From assembly GCA_963665665.1 (NCBI GenBank), contig OY762428.1, positions 3,712,001 to 3,776,000 of the forward strand: a stretch of 64,000 bases of DNA, read 5' to 3'. Under the pieces are notes generated by a model, which was given only the letters and a program-made list of their open reading frames with translations, had not been told where the DNA came from and did no database searches. The position numbers and the translations under genes are program-made. This DNA comes from Candidatus Kapaibacterium sp. (lineage in GTDB: Bacteria > Bacteroidota > Ignavibacteria > Kapaibacteriales > UBA2268). Positions 28,992 through 40,380 of the stretch are shown here, piece after piece (position 1 is the stretch's first letter; each line of letters opens with the position of its first letter).

Positions 28992-31478
28992 ATGAAAGCA
29001 AAATCGAAAGCAAGTAAATCCGGGGATACAAAAGAAAAGAAGATTCCGTACTACCGCAAACCTGATGATATGAGCATTGATGAATGGCAGTCCGGCCTAA
29101 GGAAGCAATATGGGATACAGCAGGAATTTGAAATTGAAAATGTTGGTGACGGTCCCGTGTTTTCTGATTACAATGTTTACAATCCGGAAAGCGGAAAAAC
29201 ATATAAAGTTGCTATCAGATCGAAAGAAAAGGGGCTGAATTTTTGCTCCTGTCCCGATTTTAAAGTAAATAACCTTGGAACATGCAAGCATATTGAAAAT
29301 GTAATTTACCGAATAAAACAAAAGAAGAAAAACGTATCTCTTCTGGATCAGGGAAACATACAGTTTTATTCTTCTGTTAGCCTGAAATATGGAGCAGAAA
29401 GAAAAATTTATCTTCGAATAGGGGAGAACAATTATGATAAAATTAAAGATATTGCTTCAGAATTTTTTGACTCAGATAATTTTCTGAAACCAACTGCGTT
29501 TGCAAAATTTGAACTTTTCCTTGAAAAAGTGAATCGGTTAGATCCTGAATTTCGATGCTATCCTGATGCAATGGATTTTATTATTGATGTCAGAAATCAA
29601 TCAATGAGAAAATTCCTGATCACAGAAAAATTCAGTGATGGGATTGACAGCCCTGAATTTGATAATCTGATCAATGCCAAACTATACAGGTATCAAAAGG
29701 AAGGTGTTCTATTTGCCGCTAAAAACGGACGCTGCCTGATTGCTGATGATATGGGGCTTGGAAAAACAATTCAGGCTATTAGCGCCGTGGAGATTTTTAC
29801 AAAGGAATTCAACGTTGAAAAAGTGCTGATTATCTGCCCCACATCATTAAAATATCAGTGGAAAAGCGAAATTGAAAAATTCACAACAAGGGATGTTTTG
29901 CCAATAGAGGGCCCCGCGGATAAAAGAAAAATGCAGTACAAGGAAGAAGCCTTTTATAAAATAGTGAGCTACAACAGTGTTATTTATGACCTCGACTCGA
30001 TACTGTCTTATTCTCCTGATGTAGTAATTCTGGATGAAGCCCAAAGAATAAAGAATTGGAAGACAAAAACCGCCCAGGCTGTGAAAAGTATACAGTCGGA
30101 ATTCGCATTGGTTCTTACCGGCACTCCGTTAGAGAATAAACTGGAGGAATTACATTCTATTGTTGAGTTTATCGACCGCTATAAGCTCGGGGCATTGTTC
30201 AGGTTCTTAAGTAATCACCAGGTAAAAGAAGATACAGGCAAAGTTATTGGCTACAAGAATCTGAATGAAATATCAAGAACACTTGATAATGTATTAATAA
30301 GACGAAAAAAAACAGAAATTCTGAAAGAACTCCCCGAAAGAGTTGATAAAAACTATTTTGTTCCTGTTACCAAAGAACAGATGGATATTCATTCGGATTA
30401 TTCCTCTACTGTATCCAGATTGGTTAATAAATGGAGAGCAAGAGGTTTTCTGTCTGAACCAGAAAGAAGAAGGCTGATGCTGTCATTAAGCTGCATGAGG
30501 ATGGTTTCCGACAGTACTTATATTCTTGATCAGGAAACAAGATTCGATACTAAAATAAATGAATTAATGGCCCTCCTGATTGATGTTTTTGAAAGTGGAG
30601 AAGAAAAAGTAGTTATATTCAGCCAGTGGGAAAGAATGACAAGGCTGGTAGCAGCTGAGTTGAAAAAAATCGAAGTAGGGTATGAATACCTTCACGGCGG
30701 TGTGCCCAGTGCCAAAAGGAAAGACCTGCTCGAAAATTTTGCCAATGACAGAAGTAAGCGTGTATTTCTTTCTACTGATGCCGGCGGAGTCGGGCTGAAC
30801 CTTCAAAGCGCCAATATTGTTATAAACCTGGATATTCCATGGAATCCTGCTGTACTCGAACAAAGGATCGCGAGAGTATGGAGAATCGGCCAGGGCAGGC
30901 ACGTCAGGGTTGTTAATTTTGTTTCTACCGGAACGATCGAACACCGTATGCTAAATGTCCTGAATTTCAAACAATCTCTTTTTACCGGTGTTCTTGATAA
31001 TGGCGAGGATTCTGTTGTTCTTGATCAGAAAAAATTTGATAAGCTGATGGAAATAGTCGAAGATGTATCCGAAAAACCATACGACGATAGCCTGTCTGAT
31101 AATGATGATATATCAGACAATGAAGCTTACGGTGAGAAAAAAGAAAAGGAAAAAGCAAAAGATACAAGCCAAAAACCGGATAATAAAGAAAATGTTCAGA
31201 AACATGAAATCCCCGCTAAAGAAAAAGAAACAGCAAAAAAAGGTGCGACTCCGGATAATAATGTCGGGGATTTGATATCATCGGGAATTGATTTCCTTCA
31301 AAAATTCGGAAAGGTCCTCTCAGATAAGGAAAATACCAGAAAAATGGTCGATTCATTAGTTACTGAAGACAAAGAAACAGGTAAGAAGAGTATTAATATT
31401 CCAATAAATGATGATAAAACTGTCGATAAGGTTGTTGATGTTATTGATACTTTCCTGAATATGTTCAAAGGAAAATAA
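28992..31478 (+). CDS. SWIM-zinc-finger SNF2-family (DEAD/DEAH-like) ATPase
   Basis: CSCPDF..CKH SWIM motif, ADDMGLGKT, LDEAQRIKN, LTGTPLEN, STDAGGVGLNL, QRIARVWRIGQ. Confidence 0.93.
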   Translation: MKAKSKASKSGDTKEKKIPYYRKPDDMSIDEWQSGLRKQYGIQQEFEIENVGDGPVFSDYNVYNPESGKTYKVAIRSKEKGLNFCSCPDFKVNNLGTCKHIENVIYRIKQKKKNVSLLDQGNIQFYSSVSLKYGAERKIYLRIGENNYDKIKDIASEFFDSDNFLKPTAFAKFELFLEKVNRLDPEFRCYPDAMDFIIDVRNQSMRKFLITEKFSDGIDSPEFDNLINAKLYRYQKEGVLFAAKNGRCLIADDMGLGKTIQAISAVEIFTKEFNVEKVLIICPTSLKYQWKSEIEKFTTRDVLPIEGPADKRKMQYKEEAFYKIVSYNSVIYDLDSILSYSPDVVILDEAQRIKNWKTKTAQAVKSIQSEFALVLTGTPLENKLEELHSIVEFIDRYKLGALFRFLSNHQVKEDTGKVIGYKNLNEISRTLDNVLIRRKKTEILKELPERVDKNYFVPVTKEQMDIHSDYSSTVSRLVNKWRARGFLSEPERRRLMLSLSCMRMVSDSTYILDQETRFDTKINELMALLIDVFESGEEKVVIFSQWERMTRLVAAELKKIEVGYEYLHGGVPSAKRKDLLENFANDRSKRVFLSTDAGGVGLNLQSANIVINLDIPWNPAVLEQRIARVWRIGQGRHVRVVNFVSTGTIEHRMLNVLNFKQSLFTGVLDNGEDSVVLDQKKFDKLMEIVEDVSEKPYDDSLSDNDDISDNEAYGEKKEKEKAKDTSQKPDNKENVQKHEIPAKEKETAKKGATPDNNVGDLISSGIDFLQKFGKVLSDKENTRKMVDSLVTEDKETGKKSINIPINDDKTVDKVVDVIDTFLNMFKGK

Positions 31479-31729
31479 TCAATATTTTGATTTTCAGGTT
31501 TGTCAGAAAAGAATATTTTATTGATTCATTAGCCGATTTTGAATGCAATTTACGGCAGTTGTTGCTTATTTACCTGATTTATAAGTTCCGGTAGTATATT
31601 TTTATCAGGTTGAAAAAAATATTAATTCTATAAATCTATGTATTACAATAATATATATAATATCTACATATCATATTAGAAAAAAAATCAAATTACTTTG
31701 TAACTTTTCAACTAAATGATGCGTTATAT

Positions 31730-31765
31730 AACTAAACTATTAGTTAATAAACTAAAATTATAGTT
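31730..31765 (+). promoter_or_regulatory. Two AACTA-N6-TAGTT palindromes; putative BlaI/MecI operators
   Basis: AACTAAACTATTAGTT (31730-31745) and AACTAAAATTATAGTT (31750-31765), just before the blaI-like RBS. Confidence 0.7.
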
Positions 31766-31776
31766 CCGGAGATATA

Positions 31777-32154
31777 ATGAAAGAGTTAACAAAGGCAGAA
31801 GAACAGGTAATGAAAATCCTGTGGAAGATCGGCAAAGGTTTTGTTAAAGATATTATCGCAAAATTCCCTGATCCAAAGCCCGCCTACAACACCGTTTCCA
31901 CCATAGTAAGGATACTTGAAAAGAAAGGTATTGTGTCCTACAAAGCTTATGGCAAGACCCATGAGTATTACCCGTTGATAAGCAGAAAGGAATATACCAA
32001 GGGTTTCCTGAAGGATTTCATGGGAAGTTATTTTGGAAATTCTTTCGGTAGCCTTGTTTCATTTTTCGCAAAGGAAAGCGAAATGTCTGTCGAGGAGATG
32101 GAGGAATTAAAGCAGATAATGGAAGAAAAGATCAGGGAGAAAAGAAATGACTGA
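31777..32154 (+). CDS. BlaI/MecI/CopY family repressor
   Basis: LTKAEEQVMKILW..PAYNTVSTIVRILEKKG. Confidence 0.95.
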   Translation: MKELTKAEEQVMKILWKIGKGFVKDIIAKFPDPKPAYNTVSTIVRILEKKGIVSYKAYGKTHEYYPLISRKEYTKGFLKDFMGSYFGNSFGSLVSFFAKESEMSVEEMEELKQIMEEKIREKRND

Positions 32155-33448
32155 CAACGCAGCTTTTATCATATACCTGCTTGAATCTTCAGCCTGCATG
32201 ATAATATTTTACCTGTTTTACAGGCTGGTACTTGCCGGACAGACTTTTTTCATGATGAACAGAGCCTATCTTATTGCAACTGCCATTTTATCATTAATAA
32301 TACCACTATTTTCTATCGATATAAGTTCGGCAAATCAAGCTATTGGATACTATATGCTTAATCCTATTGTAGTAACGGCAGGTTCCGGGCTTGAATCTGC
32401 TATTTCAAATCTGAGTTTCACAGATATTATACTAATTGTTTACCTGACGGGAGCCAGTCTCTTCATGATAAGATTTATATACCAGATATTCCAGTTAATT
32501 ACTATCGTTAGAAAATTTGGTATAAGCCGTAATTATGGCATAAATATTATCTTAACGGACAACTCACTATCTCCCTTTTCTTTTTTCAACATGGTTTTTC
32601 TTGATAAGAGCCATCTCAGCCCTGAGGAATTCAATCACATAATTGAACATGAAAAAATGCATATCAGACAAAAGCATACTATTGATCTGCTGTTGCTTGA
32701 ATTATTTGGAATTTTCCAATGGTTTAACCCATTTGTAAGATTATATATTAAGTCCATTAAAGAAATCCACGAACACCTTGCCGACCGCGAAGTTATCAGG
32801 AATGGCGCCAACTTGAAATCCTATATGGAGCTGATAATGAAAAGGTCAGGGGGCGTACGGTTTTTCGAAATGGCTAACAACTTCAATTTTTTAACGATAA
32901 AAAGGAGAATAAAAATGATAGGATCGGCCAAGCCTCCGAAAATCTCATTTTTCCGTTTTGTATTACTGCTGCCTGTTGTTTCAGGTTTGCTACTTGTATT
33001 TGCATGCACCGACAAAGAAAATATCACACCGGTTGAAAAAGTTGAAAGTATTTCAATAACCACAGAAGATAAAGCCCCGGAGACAACTGAAAAGAATGAA
33101 GGAACTGTGACAAAGGCTGATGAAATAAACATCAAAACCTCTGCTGAAAAGAAGGGAAATTATATTGTTGTTGATTCTGAACCGGAAGTTGACCTTACGC
33201 AACTCCAGAAATCGATAAAATACCCGGAAGAAGCCAGAAAAAAAGGCATTCAGGGAAAAGTTCTCGTCAAGGTAATGGTTGATAAGAATGGTAAACCTTC
33301 GAAAGCTGAGATAATCAGTTCTGATAATCAAATATTCAATGAATCAGCTGTTAATGCAATAATGTCCTGCACTTACAAACCCGCTGAACAAAAAGGTAAA
33401 AAAGTGGCTGCATATATTAATGTTCCCTTACATTTCAGGTTAAGATAG
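32147..33448 (+). CDS. M56 (BlaR1-like) peptidase fused to TonB C-terminal domain
   Basis: SPFSFF, HEKMH zinc motif, WFNPF, HEHLAD; C-terminal KYPEEARKKGIQGKVLV. Confidence 0.92.
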   Translation: MTDNAAFIIYLLESSACMIIFYLFYRLVLAGQTFFMMNRAYLIATAILSLIIPLFSIDISSANQAIGYYMLNPIVVTAGSGLESAISNLSFTDIILIVYLTGASLFMIRFIYQIFQLITIVRKFGISRNYGINIILTDNSLSPFSFFNMVFLDKSHLSPEEFNHIIEHEKMHIRQKHTIDLLLLELFGIFQWFNPFVRLYIKSIKEIHEHLADREVIRNGANLKSYMELIMKRSGGVRFFEMANNFNFLTIKRRIKMIGSAKPPKISFFRFVLLLPVVSGLLLVFACTDKENITPVEKVESISITTEDKAPETTEKNEGTVTKADEINIKTSAEKKGNYIVVDSEPEVDLTQLQKSIKYPEEARKKGIQGKVLVKVMVDKNGKPSKAEIISSDNQIFNESAVNAIMSCTYKPAEQKGKKVAAYINVPLHFRLR

Positions 33449-33456
33449 GAAATGTT

Positions 33457-33867
33457 ATGAAAGCAATAAACCATTTCAGATTTCTATCGCTTATTGGAAT
33501 TGTTATGTCAATGCTTTTAGCTTTTAGTGCAATTAGCAATGCGGACGAAAAAAAATTCAGTAGTGATATTACTATGCCGCAGTATAAAGGCGGACAAAAA
33601 GCAATGGAGAAATTTATTTCCCAAAACCTGAAATATCCTGCCGAGGCACAAAAAAGAGGCATTCAGGGCAAGGTGATTATTTCTTTCGGAATAAGTAAAG
33701 AGGGAAATATTATAAATCCTAAAGTAGTTGAAGGTATTGGCCACGGGTGCGATAAAGAAGCACTAAGGGTAGTTAAAAAAATGCCGAAGTGGAAACCGGG
33801 CAAGGATAAAGAAGGAAATATCGTAATTGTATATATGAAACTACCAATTCATTTCCGACTGCAATAA
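33457..33867 (+). CDS. TonB C-terminal domain protein
   Basis: N-terminal hydrophobic/signal segment, MPQYKGG..LKYPAEAQKRGIQGKV..CDKEALRVV..WKPG. Confidence 0.88.
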   Translation: MKAINHFRFLSLIGIVMSMLLAFSAISNADEKKFSSDITMPQYKGGQKAMEKFISQNLKYPAEAQKRGIQGKVIISFGISKEGNIINPKVVEGIGHGCDKEALRVVKKMPKWKPGKDKEGNIVIVYMKLPIHFRLQ

Positions 33868-33892
33868 ATATTCGCTTAATTCCATGATCCGT

Positions 33893-33928
33893 ATCCTTTC
33901 CGTAAATTATTACGGGAAGGATTATTTT
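33893..33928 (+). terminator. Putative intrinsic terminator
   Basis: ATCCTTTCCGTAA/TTACGGGAAGGAT stem then TATTTT. Confidence 0.6.
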
Positions 33929-34048
33929 AAATATTTCCATCTTCTGCAAAATTTATGTGCAATCCGGCATTTCATAGTTGATATGCATATTGTATTTCTT
34001 AGAAATAATAGTTTTACCAATCAAAAAATATTATCTTATTTTTGTAAG

Positions 34049-35926
34049 ATGGCGGAACGAAATGAAATAAAGGAAGAGATAAAAAGAGTAGCCAATATCG
34101 TTGAGATTGTTGGCGAATATGTGCCGCTGAAGCAGCGCGGACGCAACTTCCTTGGCCTGTGCCCTTTTCACGAGGAAAAAACTCCTTCTTTCACCGTCTT
34201 TCCCGAGACAAATATCTATAAATGCTTCGGTTGCGGGAAATCCGGCGACGCTTTCAGTTTCATGATGGAATACCACGGCATGGGATTCCGCGAAGCTATG
34301 AAAACACTTGCAGCCCGTTACGGCATTAAAATGATGGACAGCGGCCCGACACAGGGAAAATCCGAAAGCGAGAAAAAGGAAAATATTTTTTCTGCCCTAA
34401 AAGACGCAGCCATGCTCTATCAGAATGCCTTGAAGCATAATGATGGCAAAATCGCAAGAGATTATTTTGCGAACAGGGGGTTTGGTAATGAACTAATAGA
34501 AAAGTTCATGCTTGGCTATTCAGTTGACAAGTGGGAAGGAATCGTGCAGCCCTTGCAAAAAGCCGGGTACGACCAGAAAACGCTTGAGGATGCCGGGCTG
34601 ATTGTTGTTAAAGATGACGGACGCTTTTACGACCGCTTTCGGGGCCGCCCGATTTTTCCGATACGGGATTACCTTGGGCGTATAATCGGTTTCGGGGCCA
34701 GAGCTTTGAAAAAAGACGACCCAATGGGGAAATATATAAACTCCCCTCAGTCGCCGGTTTACGACAAAAGCCGCAGCCTGTACGGGCTGTTCGAAGGCCG
34801 CCAGATGATAATGAGTAAGAAGGAAGCTATTCTCGTAGAGGGATATGCAGACGTTCTTTCGCTCTACCAGGCGGGATTCGAGAACTGTGTGGCATCCAGT
34901 GGCACCTCGCTTACCACCGAGCAATTGAAACTGCTGAAACGCTATTGCAGTAAATTATATTTTGTTTACGACGGGGACAAAGCCGGTATTAAAGCCGCAG
35001 ACCGCGGATTGGAACTCGCATTGCAGGAAGGGTTCGACGTTATGCTGGCGCTACTGCCCGAAGGAGAAGACCCTGACAGTATGGTTAGAGATCACGGAGC
35101 TGAAGCCTTCCAAAAGCACTTAGACGGGGCAACGGGATTTATTGAATTCCGAATTGAATTGCAAAAAAAAGCCGGGATGTTCGATACTCCAGGCGGAATC
35201 GCTGACGCTGCACGCGAGCTGCTAAAGCTCGTTGCAAACATACCGGATAAGATGAAACATGATTTCTTTATAAATCATTTCGCTTCCCTTCTACATTTGA
35301 ACGAAAGGCAGATACAGCAACTATATAAAGAAAAAGATACGATAGGAAAGCAGCCCCAAAGGCAATTATTTCGGAAACAGCAGGAAAAACCGGTACAACC
35401 TGAAAGAACTGCCAAAGATATTTTAAGATTGATCAGCAGTGAAGAAACACTACTGCTTCATATTGCTATGAGAAAGGAAAATGATTTCAATTACATTATC
35501 CATGAAAAAGACCTTCGCGAGGACGATTTGATAACTCCCGACGCGCAAAGGCTTTTCGGCCTGATTATTTATCTGCATGAGGAAAACAGTGACATACTTG
35601 CTGAAATAATTTCGAATACAAACCTGAATGAAACCGACCGCGACCTGCTGACTTCAATTGCGCTGAAAAAAGATGAAGTAAGCAGCAAATGGGTGGATTT
35701 CGGCGTGGAATTTCCCGAGGACGACATAGAAAGAATGGTAAACGATGCCATTGCCAAAATAAAAATGGTTAAAATTGATAAAGAGATAAACCAGTTAAAA
35801 AGCAGTTTGTCCGGGCTAAAGGACTTTGAAGAAGTAAAAGCCAACCTGAACCGACAGTCGGAACTCAACCAGGAAAAAGAAAAACTCTTCCTTAGCAGCG
35901 ATACATTTACCACCGGTAAGGATTAA
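34049..35926 (+). CDS. dnaG: DNA primase
   Basis: CPFHEEKTPSF..CFGCG zinc finger, YDRFRGR, KYINSP, EGYADV, YDGDKAG TOPRIM, DPD. Start moved to ATG 34049. Confidence 0.97.
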   Translation: MAERNEIKEEIKRVANIVEIVGEYVPLKQRGRNFLGLCPFHEEKTPSFTVFPETNIYKCFGCGKSGDAFSFMMEYHGMGFREAMKTLAARYGIKMMDSGPTQGKSESEKKENIFSALKDAAMLYQNALKHNDGKIARDYFANRGFGNELIEKFMLGYSVDKWEGIVQPLQKAGYDQKTLEDAGLIVVKDDGRFYDRFRGRPIFPIRDYLGRIIGFGARALKKDDPMGKYINSPQSPVYDKSRSLYGLFEGRQMIMSKKEAILVEGYADVLSLYQAGFENCVASSGTSLTTEQLKLLKRYCSKLYFVYDGDKAGIKAADRGLELALQEGFDVMLALLPEGEDPDSMVRDHGAEAFQKHLDGATGFIEFRIELQKKAGMFDTPGGIADAARELLKLVANIPDKMKHDFFINHFASLLHLNERQIQQLYKEKDTIGKQPQRQLFRKQQEKPVQPERTAKDILRLISSEETLLLHIAMRKENDFNYIIHEKDLREDDLITPDAQRLFGLIIYLHEENSDILAEIISNTNLNETDRDLLTSIALKKDEVSSKWVDFGVEFPEDDIERMVNDAIAKIKMVKIDKEINQLKSSLSGLKDFEEVKANLNRQSELNQEKEKLFLSSDTFTTGKD

Positions 35927-36283
35927 ATTTTTTCAGAAATGGCTTAAATTTCATCATAATATATAACCAACAAAAATATCAATATCTTGTTCCCGTCCTG
36001 AAAGTAATTATTGCAGCCCATTATTTCAGGTCCGGAAGTCCGAAATCAACTTGATTTTTCATAGCGGTTTGTTGGTACGTTTAGTTCATTTTTTGTCCTC
36101 TACCGATGCAGGCTGTGATATGTCATTACAAAAGATGAAAGAGCTCTGGATATTCCCCTGCTGTCGGAAATGTCCTGAATGCCGGTGAATAGAAAATATT
36201 TGTAGTGACCAATCGGAGAATTTTCCTCCAATATTGATAAGCATTTAGCTTTATACCCGTGCAAATTGGGTTAATGCTTTATA

Positions 36284-36697
36284 TTAGTCCCGTGTAGTAT
36301 TAAATGACAATATATGAATTGTAACGGCAGCAGCAATTATGATCAACAGAATTTTAAGCCATAAGGGATCAACAAAAAAATATGCTGAGCTTAGAATAGT
36401 CGGCCACATGGTTGCCATGGCCATGATCTTTCCCTTCAAAGGAATACCTTTTTTTTCGCGATAATTTCGGATATATTTACCAAACCTTGGGTGTTCTGTC
36501 AGTAGGCGGTAAAATTTATCTGAACTGCGGAAAAAACATGCTGCTGCCAAAAGCATGAAGGGAGTTGTGGGTAATACTGGCAAAAAAATACCAATAATAC
36601 CAAGAACAGTAAACAGAATACCTGAAAATATCAAAAGCCACCTGACTATAGGTGATTTCGCTTTTTTTATCCCCTGTGTTGCTAATTTTGAATCCAT
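36284..36697 (-). CDS. YbaN/DUF454 family inner-membrane protein
   Basis: LGIIGIFLPVLPTTPFMLLAAACFFRSS signature. Confidence 0.9.
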   Translation of the reverse strand: MDSKLATQGIKKAKSPIVRWLLIFSGILFTVLGIIGIFLPVLPTTPFMLLAAACFFRSSDKFYRLLTEHPRFGKYIRNYREKKGIPLKGKIMAMATMWPTILSSAYFFVDPLWLKILLIIIAAAVTIHILSFNTTRD

Positions 36698-36698
36698 A

Positions 36699-39600
36699 TC
36701 AATATGCCAGATTTGTTGCAAGCCATTTTTCAGCCTGTTTCAAACTGATTCCTTTACGTTCTGCATAATCTTTTACCTGCTCTTCATTAACTCTTCCAAC
36801 TGCAAAATATTTTGCTTCCGGGTTAGCAAAGTAAATTCCACTTACTGAAGCTGCCGGCAACATCATGAAATTATCGGTTAATTTCATTTGTGTTTCAGAT
36901 TCAACTTTCAATATATCAAAAATTTGCTTAACAACAGTATGATCCGGTAAAGACGGGTATCCAGCAGCAGGACGAATTCCTCGATATTTCTCGGTCAGGA
37001 TTCCGGCAATATCAAGCCCCTCTGAACTATATCCCCAGTAGTTTGTCCTTACTTCCCTGTGCATATATTCGGCAAAGGCTTCAGCCAGCCTGTCTGCCAG
37101 TACTTTTGTCATTATACTGTTATAATCATCATTATCCTGTTTGAATTTCTCTGCAAGTTCTTCAGATCCGATTCCTGCTGTTAAAGCAAATATCCCGATA
37201 TAATCTGTAATTCCGGTTGAAACGGGAGTTATAAAATCTGAAAGCGAAAAGTTGGGTTCGTTGACTTTTTTATTTTGCTGCCTGAGGGTGTGTATTTCAT
37301 GGATAACATTTTTATTTTCAGGATTGTCGTATATAATAATTGAATCCTGTTTGGAATTGGAAGGGAAAATCCCAATTGTCCCCTCTGCAGCAATCAGATT
37401 CTGATCAATAATTTTATCTAATAATTCATTTGCATCATCATAAAGTTTTGTTGCTTCTTTACCTTTCTTTGGATGATCAAATATTTTCGGATATTTCCCG
37501 CTTATCTCCCAGGTAAGGAAAAACTGGGTCCAGTTAATATATTTCCTGATCTTGTTCAGATCAACATTATCAAATTTTGTTATACCCGCCTTTTCAGGAA
37601 CCGGAATTTCATAGTCTTCCCAATTAATTGTTAATCTATTTGCCCTGGCTTCGTCAAGAGAAATTAAATTTTTGGATGCCATTTTCTTCTCATGCCTGTC
37701 CCTTAGTTCCTTATAATCATTTTTGATTTGTTCAATAAAATCAACTGACTGCTCCTTGCTGAGAAGCGAACTAACTACAGGAACACTTTTTCCTGCATCA
37801 ACAACATGAACTACCGGCCCTGAGTAAACAGGATCGATTTTCACTGCCGTATGAATCCTTGAAGTTGTAGCTCCTCCTATTAATAATGGAATTTTTAAAC
37901 CGGTTCTTTCCATTTCAGATGCAACGTTTACCATTTCGTCAAGGGACGGTGTTATCAGTCCGCTTAAGCCAATAATATCAACATCTTTTTTTACAGCCTC
38001 GCTGATGATTCTCTCTGCCGGAACCATTACTCCCAGGTCGATAACCTCATAGTTATTGCATGCAAGTACAACGCCAACTATATTTTTGCCTATGTCATGC
38101 ACGTCACCTTTTACGGTAGCCATAAGAATCTTACCAGCTGACTTCTTTTCCTCATGTTTCAAAGATTCTTCAATATAGGGAATCAGGTATGCAACTGATT
38201 TTTTCATCACCCTGGCTGATTTTACCACCTGCGGAAGGAACATTTTACCTGAACCAAACAAATCTCCTACTTCATTCATACCGTCCATAAGGTATTTCTC
38301 AATTATCTCCAGTGGATTGTTAACTTGTTGCCTGGCAATTTCGGTATCTTCGATAATATTATCAAGAATACCTTTTACCAGAGAATGCTTCAATCTTTTA
38401 TCAACAGGAAGTTCACGCCATTTGTCAATTTTTTTATCTGATTTATCTTTCTGGCTGATATTGGAAGCAAGGTTAATAAGCCTTTCAGTCGCGTCATCCC
38501 GGCGGTTAAGCAGAACATCTTCTACAGCTGACAGAAATTCTTCGGGAATTTCTTCATAAATTTCCAACTGGCCGGCATTTACTATACCCATATCCATCCC
38601 GGCTTTAACTGCATGGTAAAGGAACGCAGAATGCATTGCTTCCCTTACACGGTTGTTGCCCCTGAATGAGAATGAAATATTTGATACTCCGCCGCTGACT
38701 TTAGCTCCCGGCAGATTCTTTTTTATCCATTCCGTTGCCCTGATAAAATTGACTGCATAATTCCTATGTTCATCCATACCTGTGGCAACTGTCAGTATAT
38801 TAGGATCAAAAATTATATCCTCGGGAGCAAAACCTACATTCTCAGTTAATATTATGTATGCTCTTTGGCAAATTTCAATTTTTCTTTCATAACTTACCGC
38901 CTGGCCTTTTTCATCAAAGGCCATAACAATCAAAGCGGCTCCGTATGAAAGTACTTTTCGTGCATGATCAATAAAAGATGCTTCACCTTCTTTCAGGGAA
39001 AGTGAATTTACGATACCCTTGCCCTGTAGGCATTTTAGGCCGGATTCAATAACTGACCATTTTGAAGAATCCAGCATAACAGGAACCTTTGCAATATCCG
39101 GTTCAGATGCTATCAGGTTCAGAAATCTGACCATTGAATCTTCGGAATCAATCATTCCTTCATCCATATTTATATCAATTACCTGGGCGCCATTTTCAAT
39201 CTGCTGCCTGGCAACTTCAATAGCTTCATCGAACTTTTCTTCTTTTATTAAACGCCTGAATTTTGCCGAACCGGCTACATTGGTTCTTTCGCCGATATTA
39301 ACAAAATTTGATTCAGGCCGAATAGTTAAAGCTTCCAGCCCACTGAGTTTCAGATACCGGGGATTGACGGGGATAACCCTCGGCTTTAAATTTTCCACCG
39401 TTCGGGCCATTGCATTTATATGAGCAGGTGTTGTGCCGCAGCATCCGCCCACAATATTTATCAATCCTTCATTTACATAGCTATTAATAACTTCGGCCAT
39501 ATATTTATCAGTTTCATCATACTGGCCGAATTCATTGGGAAGGCCTGCATTTGGATAAAGGCTGGTGTAGCAGTCTGCAATTTTTGACAATTCTTTTATG

Positions 39601-40370
39601 TGCGGCCTCATCTGCCCGGAACCCAGAGCGCAGTTCAATCCTACGCTGAGCAAATATGGAGTATGAGCGATTGAAATATAAAATGCTTCGATAGTTTGTC
39701 CTGACAGGGTTCTGCCGCTTTGGTCAGTAATTGTGCCGGAGATCATTACCGGAATAATCCTGCCGCTATCGTGGATATACCTTGAAACAGCGTTGATAGC
39801 AGCTTTGGCATTTAATGTGTCGAAAATAGTTTCTATCAGAAAAATATCTGCTCCGCCCTCGGCCAGTCCTTTTACCTGGGTATAGTAGGCATCTGACAGT
39901 TCATCGAAAGACACAGCCCGGAATCCAGGATTATTAACATCCGGCGACATTGATGCTGTTCTGTTTGTTGGCCCGATTGATCCGGCAACAAACCTGGGCT
40001 TGCCGGGATTTTTTCTGCTAACTTCCAGGCAGGCATCTTTAGCAATTTCGGCTGCTTTTAGGTTTATTTCGTAGGCTAATTCTTCGGCATTATAATCAGA
40101 CTGGGAAATTGCCTGTGCATTAAATGTATTTGTCTCGATAATATCCGCACCGGAATTCAGGTATTCAATATGAATTTCTTTAATTATATCCGGCTGAGTT
40201 AAAACAAGGATATCGTTGTTTCCCTTCAGGTCTTTTCCATGATTTTCAAATCTTTCACCACGAAAATCCTCCTCCGAGAATTTGTATTTTTGAATCATCG
40301 TTCCCATCGCTCCGTCAAGGACGAGTATTCTTTCCTTCAGGATTCCTTTTATTTGCTCGTATTTATTCAT
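36699..40370 (-). CDS. metH: Cobalamin-dependent methionine synthase
   Basis: [33 protein letters not shown]12 motif, GIRPAAGYP activation domain. Confidence 0.98.
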   Translation of the reverse strand: MNKYEQIKGILKERILVLDGAMGTMIQKYKFSEEDFRGERFENHGKDLKGNNDILVLTQPDIIKEIHIEYLNSGADIIETNTFNAQAISQSDYNAEELAYEINLKAAEIAKDACLEVSRKNPGKPRFVAGSIGPTNRTASMSPDVNNPGFRAVSFDELSDAYYTQVKGLAEGGADIFLIETIFDTLNAKAAINAVSRYIHDSGRIIPVMISGTITDQSGRTLSGQTIEAFYISIAHTPYLLSVGLNCALGSGQMRPHIKELSKIADCYTSLYPNAGLPNEFGQYDETDKYMAEVINSYVNEGLINIVGGCCGTTPAHINAMARTVENLKPRVIPVNPRYLKLSGLEALTIRPESNFVNIGERTNVAGSAKFRRLIKEEKFDEAIEVARQQIENGAQVIDINMDEGMIDSEDSMVRFLNLIASEPDIAKVPVMLDSSKWSVIESGLKCLQGKGIVNSLSLKEGEASFIDHARKVLSYGAALIVMAFDEKGQAVSYERKIEICQRAYIILTENVGFAPEDIIFDPNILTVATGMDEHRNYAVNFIRATEWIKKNLPGAKVSGGVSNISFSFRGNNRVREAMHSAFLYHAVKAGMDMGIVNAGQLEIYEEIPEEFLSAVEDVLLNRRDDATERLINLASNISQKDKSDKKIDKWRELPVDKRLKHSLVKGILDNIIEDTEIARQQVNNPLEIIEKYLMDGMNEVGDLFGSGKMFLPQVVKSARVMKKSVAYLIPYIEESLKHEEKKSAGKILMATVKGDVHDIGKNIVGVVLACNNYEVIDLGVMVPAERIISEAVKKDVDIIGLSGLITPSLDEMVNVASEMERTGLKIPLLIGGATTSRIHTAVKIDPVYSGPVVHVVDAGKSVPVVSSLLSKEQSVDFIEQIKNDYKELRDRHEKKMASKNLISLDEARANRLTINWEDYEIPVPEKAGITKFDNVDLNKIRKYINWTQFFLTWEISGKYPKIFDHPKKGKEATKLYDDANELLDKIIDQNLIAAEGTIGIFPSNSKQDSIIIYDNPENKNVIHEIHTLRQQNKKVNEPNFSLSDFITPVSTGITDYIGIFALTAGIGSEELAEKFKQDNDDYNSIMTKVLADRLAEAFAEYMHREVRTNYWGYSSEGLDIAGILTEKYRGIRPAAGYPSLPDHTVVKQIFDILKVESETQMKLTDNFMMLPAASVSGIYFANPEAKYFAVGRVNEEQVKDYAERKGISLKQAEKWLATNLAY

Positions 40371-40380
40371 TGTCTTCCGA

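Noticed and set aside
33884-34048. N-terminal extension of dnaG in the ORF track (likewise metH 40371-40433 and fbaB 2275-2322)
   Set aside because: These extensions overlap terminator or promoter DNA or neighbouring genes; family similarity starts at downstream ATGs.
35927-36283. Hidden gene or ncRNA between dnaG and the YbaN-family gene
   Set aside because: No ORF of 60 aa or more in the track; the minus-strand frames I translated are short or interrupted and resemble no family; no convincing RNA motif.
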